Assembly (NCBI GenBank): GCA_903813345.2
Contig: CAIIXF020000001.1
Span: 13,516,001-13,580,000 of the forward strand
Direction: 5' to 3'
Source: Owenia fusiformis
Taxonomy: Eukaryota
Length of the DNA: 64,000 bases
In this document: piece by piece, positions 35,040 to 48,665 of the stretch
Position numbering within the stretch: position 1 is the first letter of the stretch
How the letters are laid out: the number at the start of each line of letters is the position of its first letter
Made by a program: the position numbers and the translations under genes
The notes under the pieces: generated by a model
Database searches by the model: none
Told to the model about the DNA's origin: nothing
Seen by the model: only the letters and a program-made list of their open reading frames with translations

Positions 35040-37420
35040 TTAGGTAGAATTCTCTCTTATTCTCTTTACCCTTCCCTCTCTCTATCAGGATACTATATTA
35101 CCATACTGCATTATGTAACACTTACATCATTTACCTGGCAGAGAGGAAAGACGTTCACTTAGTTCAAAACCGAAATAGCTGAATTGATCTAAAGGACCTT
35201 TATGATCACATTTACAGAGAACATGAACTAGTTTAAATCAATTATGTCTTTAGACGCAATATTCAACCTCAATAAGAGGTGATTAGTAAGCCAAATATGG
35301 CACTAATGGTTCCGCTTCTATTATTAATCCTGCTAATTGTATTACAGAAGATACATCATTATGGAATCAATAGCTACCCCCAATATATGAGCCTATTGAT
35401 GAGCTGGTTGTTTTACCTCAACTTATTGTCAAAACATTCAAGGCGGATACTTCAAACAGAATAATCAAGATTCAACCTGATGATTAGTCAATTCTGTTTG
35501 TTTTAGCTCAGAGAGCCACAAGAATGGCAAAATGGCTGATACAAAACTATTAATGCCTCAAATATATGAGCTAATGTTTGACAGAAACTTGTTTGTACAA
35601 TTTTCATATACTGAACTATTTTTGGACTGGCAAGAAGGTAGTTAAAAAAGTGATACAAAATTTGTTCATAATTATTGAGGTATTTTAGTGATTAGCAGTA
35701 ATGTTGATAAAGTTGTCATCGTTATAATGGTGGAAATATATATTTAAATGAAATATTTTAATTTACCTTTCAACTTTAATTACCTCAATCTGACTGTTTA
35801 ATGTCTGAAGTATAAAACATGTACAATCAGGGATACATTGTTTATTTGTTTTAATTTTTACCATCCTGAAGCTAATATGTTACAACCAATATATGCCTGT
35901 CTCGTTGGAAACTTTCAGCATGGTGGATCAATTAAAAAGTTGTATAAAAGCCCTGGCGCAAAGGAACATCATGATCATCATTCATCCTGGAGGCACAAGA
36001 AATATTTTGACAAGTTTTCCATGACATGATTATAACAATATATCAGCTAATAAATTAGTTATGAAAACTTGGGAGTTTTATATTTATGCTTTAAGTGGTC
36101 CCTTTGGTTGCCATGTGACAACACATTTTTCAATAAAAAATTTTTATCTTCCATCTTTCAGTTTCAGGGGATTAAGTAAAAAACTAAGTATACTCACTTC
36201 ATAAATAACCACTTAAAAAGAATGTGTACACATTTATCAAGACATTTTGAATCATCTCCAATATGTATTAATAATCTTTTGGAATGCAATTAATGTAAGC
36301 ATTAACATACACCTTTTTATATGTAATATACCGTGTAATTATTATGCAAATAACTAAAACACTTTTACTTAATCCACCATAAAGTTTTATATCATTTTAG
36401 CTTACAATTAAATATAATTATAAAAGAAAAATATACTAATATCTTATATCAAAAAGTATTATGCCATATTAGGCAATATCTAAAGTTGGTAACTAGGTAC
36501 ACATATCATACTTATTTTTTACCAAACTCTGCCATGCTGAACAAAAGATACCAATCTGAAATACTAAAATAAAAAATTACTTATTGAAGGCAGACTTGAT
36601 ATATGAAGTAAAACATTTCGCTTTGAGCAAATAATGTACCACGAAACTATAATTAACAAACAGTCAAACAATCTTTTGTTGCAAATCTCTGAGGAATGAA
36701 GTATCAAGTGTTTTCAACTTTAAAACAACATTATTCCCTGAGGATCTACAAGATAATATCCATAAAGGCCACCAGCCAAAGTATTGCCATACCAACCATG
36801 ACATCATTGTAAATAAAAAATTGATTCCAAAATCAAATTTTGTTTTTTACTTTCCTGTATCACTGAAATCACCATGGGGAACTCAGAAATGTTTGATTTT
36901 CTCAGCAAGTTGGTGAAATCATTATTGATATCAAAATGTTTCAATCAATTTTACATCGATTTAATCCAAATCCTCTCTAGAGGCTATAGTAATAAGTTAT
37001 CAACTGATGTTCCTCAATCAATTACTGTACCTTGTTATTGATTAAGATGGCCAAACAATAACAAAAAATATTCCAATTCCAATTCCAATAATAAACTTCT
37101 ATGCAAACAGAACAGTATGGTGGTCCATAGACACATGAAGTTCACTGGCTACTGGTCACTGACACTGATGATGTTTACACACTGATATAAAACAATTCTG
37201 TTAACTTAATGGCCAAAAGGGAAATCTTTAAAGGGGCAACAAGGACTGTAGAGAGAAAATTCGTAAATTTTTATTTTTTATGAGCTATCAGGTCAATATT
37301 TGGCTTAACATCTTCTTTGCACTAATTGTTGTACCTGTTAAGGTATCAATAACCCAAAAGAATAAGTATAATCAGATATGAAGAAAAACACCAAATATCC
37401 CATCCAATGATGTAACATAC

Positions 37421-38327
37421 ATAAGGGTTATGTACTGGGAGGTTTTGGATATGGGGTTTATCCAGAGGGAGATATGCATATCTACCTGAGGGACAGTAGG
37501 GACCGAAGGTAGATGTGCATATCTCACAAGGGATGAACCCAATATCCAAACCGACCGTACATAACTGCTTTATCCTATACCAAGTAGAGTTTCCAGGGGC
37601 ATATGGCCATTTCAATAGTTCAAGGTGTAAAAATAAACAAATTATTCATATGCAAAGTCATTTTATTGCATTACCAGAAGCGGGAAGATATGCACCGGAA
37701 GCGGGAAGATATGCACCGAAGCGGGAGATATGGCGGGAGATATGGAGGTTCTGGATATGGAAACCTCAAAATCAGGATACGGGATATATCTTACCAACTT
37801 ATCTCCCTTAAACTCTACTTGGCATAGGATAAATAAGGGTTATGTACTGGGAGGTTTTGGATACAGGGTTTATCCCAAGGGAAATATGTGTATCTCCCGA
37901 GGGGCCGCAGGGACCGAGGGAGATACACATATTCCCCGCGGGATAAGCCCTGTATCCAAAACCGACCGTACATAACAGATGTATTTCATACCTACCGAGG
38001 TTCTAGGTACATCATACCTTTCAAAATTCCAAAATTCCAAAACATACTTAAGGTACGCGTTTTCTTATTCTTAAAGTTTGCGAGATTTTCAAAAAAATTG
38101 AAATTTTAAAAAAAATTGAAAAAAAATGTTGATAAAAATTTTTGAATATAATTTGGAAAAAAAATAATTGAAAAAAAAATTTGAAAAAAATGTTGATTAA
38201 AAATTTTGGAGCGGGACCGGGATGGATACAGCGTGTATCCATCCCGGTCCCGGGCCTTGGTAATAGCTCCCTAGATACACTATATATTCCTGCTCGTTAT
38301 GTACCTAGTACCTCAGTAGGTATGAAA
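37421..38327. repeat. Palindrome-rich interspersed repeat (possibly Crypton-type non-autonomous element); second copy at 42873-43220
   Basis: ataagggttatgtactgggaggttttgga recurs at 37421, ~37833 and ~42873; perfect hairpin gggaccgggatggataca-gcg-tgtatccatcccggtccc near 38213-38251. Confidence 0.6.
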
Positions 38328-39856
38328 TACTTAAACATACATCCAACCTGCACAATTCTTCTCATAATAAAATAATACATGCCCATGCAAGTTGGAAGGA
38401 AGTTTGATATACTAAGAACCAAATCTTCAATCTTATTTGCAGGCACTTTACTATAAATTACACACTTGTGTGTTGCTAGAAATATTCAGTGATTTATCCT
38501 ATGTGTAAATGAAAGAGAATTGTGACTTATCTCTTCTGTAGAAATCCTTTAAGGTAACAATATATGTAGGCTGTGTGAAACATGTGCAAATGAGCAATGG
38601 TCAAATACTACTGTTTTACAACAATAGTGGGTAGTAAAATTAAGTGATTTTTTACAGGAAAATTAAACTTTGACTCTATCCTCTTAGCAGATTGCTCTTA
38701 ATCATATTGTAAAATATTTTATTATCAGCCTGATTGCGCTGAATAGACATTAACTTCTTGAAGGTTTCTTGAGGTTATAGAAATATACATGTAAGAATTG
38801 ATCTAAAATCTAAATTATAACCTTTTGAACATTGAACATTGACAAATGTTGACAAATGTGATGTTTCTAACATTTCAATTTTTGTTTGGTGGTTACCACT
38901 GCCTGTTTTGGAAAGCTTATTTATATGCTGGATAAATTGTATACATGTATAATCATAAGTGTGCCTATTCTGAAAAAAAGTTTATTTAAGAAAATAGGAA
39001 ATTTCAAATTATTTATTTTCAACAAATAGATTGCCATGTTAAATCAGGATGTTATAATAAATCTAATTAAGTATGATTTATCTTTTGAGTATGTCTTGTA
39101 GTCTGGAATAAAATCTTTAAAATAATATATGACATAGACTAAATAGGTAAACAAAAATAACAACTTTTTTTAATGGGTGACAATTGTAACAGTGTTCATA
39201 TTTACGAGTCTAGAAACTGAAACTGACTAGTCTCCAAGGTGTTAAATAATTAAATTGATTTGTGTTAAAAGCACTTTACTTAAAATTGGCATAAACTATT
39301 CCCTGTCTCTGTGGAGTCATTCATTAATAGTAAGCATTGTATATATCTGGGGGTTTCACTCCAATATACCTCTTAAAACCTATGTACCATGCCAAAGACC
39401 CCCTTTTTTGAGCTTTTTTCCATGTTAATTCCCTCTCAAGATTGAAAGTTTCCATGTACACTTTCTCTCAGACTTATAAAAAGGCATAAATTTCCTGAAA
39501 AATTGGTATATTAACTACAAAATCCACATTTTGGATGATTTTTCCCAGACCTAGCAAACTGATTTTACCGATTTATTACCATTTTTTGTAGAAAAACTGA
39601 TTTTTGACTTAAAAAGGGTTCTCTCATGCTGCACATACCTACCAGAATTATTAAGAGTGAACCCCCCGAGTATATATGGTCAAGAATATTAAACTCTATC
39701 AAATTAAACATAAATGAACTATTCACTTACTTTGCACAATTCTATCAAAAAAACCTGGACAAGAATCAGATATTTGATTATCTTAATCATAGGACCAATC
39801 TGTTGATTTGATAAAACGGACTGATTTTTAAAAGAAAATTTTGTTTGTGATTCCAG

Positions 39857-40011
39857 GAAATGAGAAAATCGACCTGAAAGACATCATTCAAAGTAGAATG
39901 GAGCAGATTGACAGTCTCAGGCAAGAGAATATGGAAGCAGTACTAAATGATATGGAGAACCTCATTGCAATGTGGCGTGCAAAGATCCAAGCTGTCACCA
40001 AGGAGAAGTAA
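39857..40011 (+). CDS. Nested neuropeptide precursor exon 2 (G-NEKIDLKDIIQSRMEQIDSLRQENMEAVLNDMENLIAMWRAKIQAVTKEK*)
   Basis: ttttgtttgtgattccag| acceptor; phase 1 matches exon 1; 51 open codons in AT-rich intron; AATAAA signals near 40183, 40241 and 40272. Confidence 0.75.
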
Positions 40012-43000
40012 ATTCTTGGAACTAGGCTACCCTACATGGTAATTTTAATTCCACACCTAGTGTTTTAAAGAAATTGTTGCCCATTGGCTATTATAATATG
40101 AAATAGATTTCTTACTGTGATAAAATAGTTTTTGTGCTTTTTCCTGATACCTATAGTTTAGAACTGAATTATGTATCATAAAAATAAATTTTGCCCTTTG
40201 TGGCTTTTTCAGTGGACTAAAATTGATCCTTATATCATAAAATAAATTTTGGCTTCAAGCTTGTTTCATATAATAAATGTTTCTAATTCATACCAATCAG
40301 AGAATGTCTTTTGATGCTTTATTGAGTCAGAAAAACACTATTATCCGTTTTTGGATATTTTGTCACCGTAGTAGCTTATCAAAGTCCTCAGACATCGCTA
40401 TGCAACATCGGTAAAAGTAGAACAAACTTGTGAAAGTTATCGTTTTGAGTTCATTGCATAGAGGTGATGAAGATATGAAGTGCTCTTATCATTTCTAACA
40501 CTTAAATACCAGGAAAAATAAGATCAGATTTCCAAAATGAAAAGTTCATAGCAAACTGAATCCGAGTGCCATGTGTAAATATAGTATATCACAGGCTATC
40601 CATAATACATCAATAGAGATCAAGAATTAATTTAATAGTTTTATCCATCGATGGGGAGAGATAAGAATTTGAATGTGATAGTATGATTAATTGAGAATGC
40701 CTAATAAAGTCAGTAATTCACAAAGTGGTTTAACCTTTGAGATCATCGGCATTGGCCATAGATGCATTCAAGATTGAACTCTCCCTTATATCTCCATCAA
40801 ATAGATGATAAGGGGACATAAAACAGCAGTTGTTCGCAAATACTACCTAGAAAACTCGGTCTAATTGATTTTTATTTCGTATCTACATAGTAATTTATTT
40901 TTCAAGGAATTAGCTAAAAGAAACAATGTGTGCTTAAACGTAGTGATTCCGTGGAGAAAACCAAGTATCTATACACACCATTCTATTTAAATAACACTGG
41001 AATAAATCGTGACGTACTTATTAGGCGATAATTGTATGAACTCGTAACAATTCTTGCGTTCATGTTTTTAGACATGATTTGAAACAGTATGTATGAAGAC
41101 AAGACACGGAATGTACCCTGAAAACATTTAAGTATTTTCTCAGTTGTAAATGAAAACTAATTGATTCATTTTGTTGCTCTTAAAATGTCCTTACAGTTGG
41201 TAAGTTTCTTTACATAGTACAATATGGATTACTCAATATATGCAAATTCATATAGACTTTTTTTTAACACTTTGTTCTTTATTTTCAGGTGGTCAAGCAA
41301 AAGATGGGTGATATTTTTACAAAAACAGTTCCCAAACATTCCGAAAGTCTCAAAAGCAGAAAAACAACTGGAGAAAATGAGGTTCACTCCCAATTTTGAC
41401 AATTTTGGCATATACCAAATTTTTAGACTTGCCCATAATTCAGACAATAGTTTACTAGAAGATGATAGAAAAAAGATTTATGCAAAGTATACACTATACA
41501 GTGTACAAAGCCACCTCAAGTTTCTTTTAAAAATGTTGCTAGGTAAATCAAATTGTGTTTTATCTACACAGGGTATCAATACAGAAATTAATATCTATAA
41601 AATAAAAAATTGCTTAGTTGTCATAATTACATTCTATTGGTGGCTTAGTTACGGTAAATTTTGAAATTATCTGTTACACCAATCAAAAAGAAATTCTTTT
41701 GTTAATACAATAAAAGAGTTTGGACTTGAAATGATCTGATGTATTGTTAAAGTATATACATGTACATGTGTACTTCTGTTAATAAACACTCCATTTGTAA
41801 ATATATTATGTTTGCTGGTAAATCTATTATTTAATTGCAATAGCTAAAACAGTCCAAAAATGCACAACAATCATCCACAATACTCTATGTGTTATCTTCA
41901 ATATGCATTTGTCCCAATTTTCTGCAAATTAAACGATGAATTCTCCACATGAGATAAGTGTTCTAAAAATATGGTGACATTGACACCATCATGAATTTAC
42001 TGCCATTTAGTGAGATTTTCAAAATAAAACATCTCTTTTTTGGACTATTCCGAAGATATCATGGACGTAGCCAGGGGGAGGGGGTGCGATGGCTGTGAAT
42101 GCACCCCCACCCCCCCCATGCCCATGGATTTGTCACAAGAAATGCAACTAGGAAAGAAAAAAGATTACTGATTATTTGTACTTTGAGAAATTCATGTTTC
42201 TCGGGGGATTCTTTGACAATTTTGGCCCAAGATCATTTGAAGTGTTCCTAAGGGTGAAAACTGCATGCATGTTGGAGAAATTATGGCCAGGGCCTGTTCC
42301 TGTAAAGTAAATATGTTCATAAATTGAAATTCAATCAGTGCTCGGATGAAGTAGTACCATACAGGAAAGTGGCATATGACGAATTTTGAGATAATGATAA
42401 TATGGTTCATATTCCATATAGCAGCAAGCATTTATTTCCATTTTAAAGACACTTAACTAAATGATATGGGAATAAAGAAAGTGATAATCCTATTAAAATA
42501 TACCATGTTGTAAATCTGAAAGCATTTATGTTGTAATAATGAAGTCAAATAATTCAGGTCACAAGATATACTGAAAATGGTAAGTGCAATTGGAATTCAC
42601 GTTATTCAATTTAAAATGTATGGGCTGTTAAGTGTCTCCAATGTATTCTCTAATGGGATTTAAATCATATGTACAAATGTCTCTATTTGTGATTCATTTT
42701 AAGCAAATGAGGGGTCATTGTTCTAGTTTAATGTACAATGCATTTTAGGGAGCATGTATCTGACCAATAGGACAAAATGAAAATATATATGAAAATTATT
42801 GCACAATATTAATATTTTTAACTCCTTTTGCCATGACCTCTAAGCTTGATTTCTATGGAATGTAGTGTTTAAATAAGGGTTATGTACTGGGAGGTTTTGG
42901 ATATGGGGTTTATCCAGAGGGAGATATGCATATCTACCTGAGGGACCGTAGGGACCGAAGACAGATGTGCATATCTCACAATCCTATACCAAGTTGAGTT

Positions 43001-43626
43001 TTCAGGGGCATATGGCCATTTCAATAGAACAAGGTGTAAAAATAAACAAATCATTCATATGTAAAGTCATTTTATTGCATTACCGGAAGCGGGAAGATAT
43101 GCACCGAAGCGGGAGATATGGCGGGAGATATGGAGGTTCTGGATATTGAAACCTCAAAATCAGGATACGGGATATATCTTACCAACTCATCTCCCTAAAA
43201 CTCTACTTGGCATGGGATAAAAATGCATATACAACCATGTCTAAAACACTGCACAGAGCGAACAATAGTGTACCTAAAAATCAAAAATGGATCAAGCATG
43301 CCCTAAAACTAATCAGAGATTTTCATACCAAGTAACATCTTGAAAAAACAAATCAATCCTTCGTGCTTCTTAAAATGCAGAGCAAGAAAATAGTGACACC
43401 ACCTACTGCCCACCGACTTGCCTGTCAAACTGTTGGTTAATATTGTACCCTTTTTAGTTTTACACGAGGGTTGTCCCAGAAGTAATGGACTATATAATAA
43501 CCAAGTAGTATAAACATATTTCAATGTATGATTTTGTGAATCAAATAACTAGCCTGAATTAACCTCTTCAGTGAAATATTTCAAGAGATTTAGAGGAATT
43601 GAAAATATTTATGCTAGAAGGTTTAC

Positions 43627-43768
43627 CTCTATATTTTCCTGGTATGAAACTCTATTTTTCAGCAGCATAATAAGATGGGAGCGCAGAATCATCCCATGGA
43701 ATCTAAGGGGTCTGTATTGGTCCTCAAACCGTTGAGTATCATCAAGCGATAATGTACTATAGGGGTTC
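43627..43768 (-). CDS. CLCN6: CLCN6 exon 19 (R-NPYSTLSLDDTQRFEDQYRPLRFHGMILRSHLIMLLKNRVSYQENIE)
   Basis: RPLxFHGxILRS motif; canonical splice sites. Confidence 0.93.
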
Positions 43769-44594
43769 CTAAAAATAACAAGAAAATACAAAATTACCTA
43801 AAACATACTAATAATTATCCAAATACACATTTCCCTCGTGTATGGTGAAATTACAATAAGAAAAGTACTGGAAATAGGTAATAAATGAATTCTTATAACC
43901 TTGCCCTATTTAGTATATATAAAGGAGTTTGTAGTTAAAGAACCAATGGAAGAATGGTTATATGAGAATCACAATTTCCAAGACATGATACAGAAAAATA
44001 TACATATCCTAGAGTAAATAATGTCATTTAAGTACAATTTTGTTATTCTACTGTACAGAAGTTAACAATTTCGTTTAAGCATAAAATAATCAGCATGCAA
44101 TTTTAAAGTATAAGATCTATTACTAACACAGTAAAATACATGTTTACTAAATATTCCCCATGATACATAATCAAAAGTATGACTTTTTATTAATGTCATA
44201 ATCACAGATGAAATGTTTCTTGCACTTAATCATGTATTTCTAATCAAAGGTACAAATAAAGAAAAATTACCAATTAAGCTATTTGTTTACAGACAGCCTT
44301 TTTCAATCAGGAATTCCGAAGAAGTCCCTTTAGAATCAGCGCTTGTTTTAATGACTGTCGTTTACGTATTAGCTCAGAATCTACGTTTTAACTCATTTGC
44401 TAAACACAATAAAATAGTCCCTAAAGTCAGGCGATTAATTTGATTGAATTATCCTTTCTCATCTAAAACTGAGTAAACCAACAATACTTTTAAGCTAAAT
44501 TAATAGGTTATTGCCATCACAAATATTACATGCTACCTTTAAATGGTCATTTACAGATTAAAAACTTTTTTTCGAGCTAAACAGAAATTATTAC

Positions 44595-44791
44595 CTTCTG
44601 TCCTCTAAATCAAGAGAATTTGTGCTGTGTGCCCTAGGTTTGCTCAATAAATGGGATAGATGGGGCTGCTGAGCCAGGTGCAAAGGCTCATGGGAAGGAT
44701 GTGGCTCCTCTGGAATAGACTGAATGGAATCAGTCATCGAGGATGTTCGTCTTTTACGTTCTTCCTCTGCACGAGTTAACAAACTTTTTTT
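44595..44791 (-). CDS. CLCN6: CLCN6 exon 18 (KKSLLTRAEEERKRRTSSM...LDLEDR-R)
   Basis: ClC-6 CBS1 insertion; phase 0/2. Confidence 0.88.
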
Positions 44792-45932
44792 CTAAAAACA
44801 AAAGCTGACATGACCACCTTTAAAATGAAACATACGACTCCTGCATACTACTTCACACATCAACAAGAATATCGTAAGATGCATACTCCAATTGTCCAAT
44901 GCGTTGGGTTTTATTAGACAAGTGAAGTTGAATAATAAATAGACCAATATGCAAGTGACACATGCTAAGAATTACTTTAACTCTATTCATCCAGAGATTA
45001 ATCTTCATTCACATTTGGTTAATGGAAACAATTTGGGATAATTTTACCATCCAAAAACCTATAATTAATAATAAAGAGTATAAGTTATTTCGTTATCTGA
45101 ATATTTGAGTGAACTAAGCTAATGAATTTGTTCCAGGCTGACACAAATTTTTGATTTGAAGATCTTCAAAAAATCAGAATTTACAATCTTATGTACCATA
45201 AAAAATTAAGTTGTCAGATAAGTATTTATACTGGTGCTAGGATTTTGATTAATCATTATCAATTATGTCAAAAAATTTTCCCCAAAATAAACTTTTATGC
45301 ATTTTTGACCAGGGAACAGAGTTGTAAAGGGACCACTTTTTCTATGTTGAATGAGTTTTTTCATGCATTTCACTCAAGACTGAGACCATTTAATGTTTTT
45401 TCTAAAGGTTTTGATATAACAAATCAATGTTTAATCGAAAATATTTGAGTAATTTTGCATTAAACATGTGATATTTTATGAAAAGTGTTCAGATAAGATC
45501 ATTTTTCGAAATTGACTGTTCAATATTCAAATTATTAAGAGGTGTTCACATTTCAAGGTTTTTTAAATACGAGAGTCAATGGGAGGAAAAAATGGGACTC
45601 AAAAAAAAGGGCTCAGACCGGGAGGTGTTTCTATTACGAATGCTTCAAATAATTTTTGAGAAGTCAAATGATATTAACAATACGTTTTGTGATCCTAATT
45701 GAGGTAGACAGTTATGACTACACAACTTGACATCCAATGATTACATTAATTGATTACACAAACATGAATTTTATTTTTTGTTCATTAAGTAACTGATCAG
45801 ATTGGGAGAGGATACACAAAATAAGTAGTTCTAGAATTACAAATAACATCTCATTTCTGAAATAAACAACTTCTTCAACATAACACAATTTGTACAATAA
45901 CACAATTTGAACAAGGAACAATTCAAACTTAC

Positions 45933-46128
45933 TCGAAACTTAATATTCTGACTGGCAACCATATTTTGTTCAGCCAATAAGATTTCCTCAGTTTCATCTT
46001 TTGTTTCTATAGTAACGACAGGGTAGGCATGGTGACACGTCGTCTTCAGAATGCTTACTAATGAGAGTATCCGTGTGTGGGGAAACATGTATGTTATACT
46101 CGTCTCCATAATATCATGGGCCTTCATT
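45933..46128 (-). CDS. CLCN6: CLCN6 exon 17 (K-MKAHDIMETSITYMFPHTRILSLVSILKTTCHHAYPVVT...NIKFR)
   Basis: CBS1 start; canonical splice sites. Confidence 0.95.
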
Positions 46129-46936
46129 CTGAATATAATCAAGAACCAGGAGTTATTTCATACTCTGTGAAGCATTTGTAATGGTTTATGTAAACTATTG
46201 CCTCAAATAACAACCATATTATCTCCTGTCAAGTTCATTGTTTCTGATTTCCTAGTGATTTATTAAGTCAATGTCACTCTAAATGTCACGGAACATACTT
46301 AATCAACCTATCTGATGACTTGCAAAGTTATGCTTCATGACATTTAGCATTCGACTTATTTCAGTGGTCAGGTCCAAATTTCACAATTAGCGATGATCAT
46401 TCTTTTGTTCATTATGTTAACCATTGTGTGACCTTTATGTATACTCCCTCTGGATCTTAAGGATATTTAAGAATATAAGGAAGATGTTAGGTTGTTTTTG
46501 TGAAACACCACACAAATTATGGGATGTTCATTTGGAATTACTTTCAGAGAGATATTATAATGTTCCTGCGTTGCTCAACTTGGGATTTTATTATTCCAAT
46601 GTATAAACATTTATCCAGTTCCATATACATAGTTCTCCCAGGTTTATACTCAAAATTCAACAACACAAGTCTAGTCCATTAAATTGTGGATTGGGAGAGT
46701 AAAGTGGGATGCAACAATATATATAATCAAGGCATTAAAATGCAAAATATCACCACCTGCCATTTTTACAGATGCCAAACACCAACCACCAAATGCCAAA
46801 CACCATCCACAAAAAACAAGCAGACATAAAAATTGCCATTGAATCAAGTTCACCAATTCTTTCAATATTTCCTGCAAGGGTGGAGTCATAAAAACTGCCA
46901 TCAAGTTATGTTTACCTATTTCAATTTTTTTCTTAC

Positions 46937-47043
46937 TTGAGCGTATTAATTGGTGCATCCCAACCCAGAAGTGGAACATCCTTTAGTTCTATATGAATAT
47001 CATATAATCCTTCATTAAACAGGTCTCCAGACCACTTGGCTAC
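46937..47043 (-). CDS. CLCN6: CLCN6 exon 16 ([36 protein letters not shown])
   Basis: Helix R GLYDIHI motif. Confidence 0.95.
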
Positions 47044-47867
47044 CTGGAATATAAATAGGCATTATTTTATTACCCACTGAATATAATATCTGGCTAAATA
47101 TAGGGCTAAATGCCGAGTTTATTCTGGAATGTTTTGTGATGTCCCCTTAGTTTGTGGCTTCTGTCACTTCTCAAGATTCTTTATCAGTTCATTTTGACCT
47201 GATATTTCTCGACACAAATCATTCAATATTTAGCCTTCCATTAACAGGCCAAGTGGAGATGATTCATAATTCATTTCAAGGTATTATGACAGAATGTTAG
47301 ACAATGTTTCATCCAGTTGCAGTGCTTCAGGGCAAAGACTGAGTGATGAATAAAGATTTATAACCGAAAACTTAGCCTTGAACTGATTAACATGGATCTT
47401 ATTAAACATAATAGATAATCAAAAATAACATATACATGTTACATATCTCATTGGCTCCCCTAATTAGACAATATCGACAGTTTGTATATTTTGAAAATGT
47501 ACAACACAAAAACAGTGTAACTAAAATAGTATATCATACGGGACACATAACACATTACCTCAAACATTCATTCATGTCTAATATAAATGTCAAATATAAA
47601 TGCAGAAGAAATGGTTCAATGAACATTTCATATTTGATAACATTGAGATTTTGACAATGTTTTCAACAAATGTTCTTTCATCAAATTACTTCACATCCAA
47701 CGAAACCAAAACCCGATAGGGACAACTTAGTTTTATACAAAACTGCTTATGATTATAAAGATTATAAAGAAGGAATACCATTTTTTTTTATCAAAGGTCT
47801 TAATTACGCATTATTCACACAGATATAACCTTATTACTGAATACAATTTTCTTACATTGAAACTCAC

Positions 47868-48027
47868 CATTAACACAATCATGATTGGTAAACCGTAACT
47901 GATTTCATTGGTTGATTCAATCAGAATGACAGTGAGGCTGATCGTCATTCGGACCACACCGCCTAGAAAGGCTGCAGCCCCCACAAGGGCAAATGTACCA
48001 GAGTAAATATTGGTGTAACCAAATACA
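47868..48027 (-). CDS. CLCN6: CLCN6 exon 15 ([53 protein letters not shown])
   Basis: Conserved CLC helices; ORF track 47811-48059. Confidence 0.96.
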
Positions 48028-48665
48028 CTGAAAAATTCAATTACAGAAATTATTCCCAATAATATCTTTTATCTTACATGATGCATTATTTAAAGGAAAA
48101 TAATAGATAGAGAACTTTTTTCAAATATCATCTTTTACCAGATACATGTAGCTATTAGGGACTGTTTTCAAATTTCAACAATTTTGGAAAAATAAGTTAA
48201 TTTCTTCAGAGAGTGGGCGACGGGCATTAATTATGATTTTAGTAAAATATTGATTTTTTGCCCTGCAAAAAATCGAAGTACATGCAAATTAACATTTTCA
48301 AAGTTAATTACATGTGTAAAGGAAGGGATAATAAACCATAACGAAATTTCATTCCTTTTCCAATCTTGACAATTAGACACCATGCCTCAGAGAGGTTATA
48401 AAACAACTATTTTACCAGCATGGAATCTGTCATGAATGATGATCAAATGGACAATAAACTAATGCTATAATTAATCAACCAGAGAAACAATTAATTTAAT
48501 ATATTCCTCAATCAATTACCTAAGTACAAAATATAGTAAAATATCATTCTATGTATACAACAACAATCGACCTGTGAGCAAGGCCAGAGCAAACTACAAA
48601 TTTCAAATAATTTTTCCAATATAACATGTATTATTTTTGGAGACAGCAAAAATTAATCTCTTTAA

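Noticed and set aside
35128-35155. U1 snRNA-like start (ttacctggcag)
   Set aside because: Only ~11 nt match; the rest of U1 is absent.
35279-35464. Hydrophobic ORF resembling a signal peptide (MALMVPLLLLILLIVL)
   Set aside because: No clear cleavage region, amidation motif or supporting splice/promoter structure.
37346-38375. Cluster of overlapping short ORFs
   Set aside because: They lie within a palindromic interspersed repeat that is also present at 42873-43220.
41224-41664. Longest ORF in the track (146 aa)
   Set aside because: Rich in F/I/K/N/Y like random AT-rich DNA, runs through a polypyrimidine tract, and has no homology I recognise.
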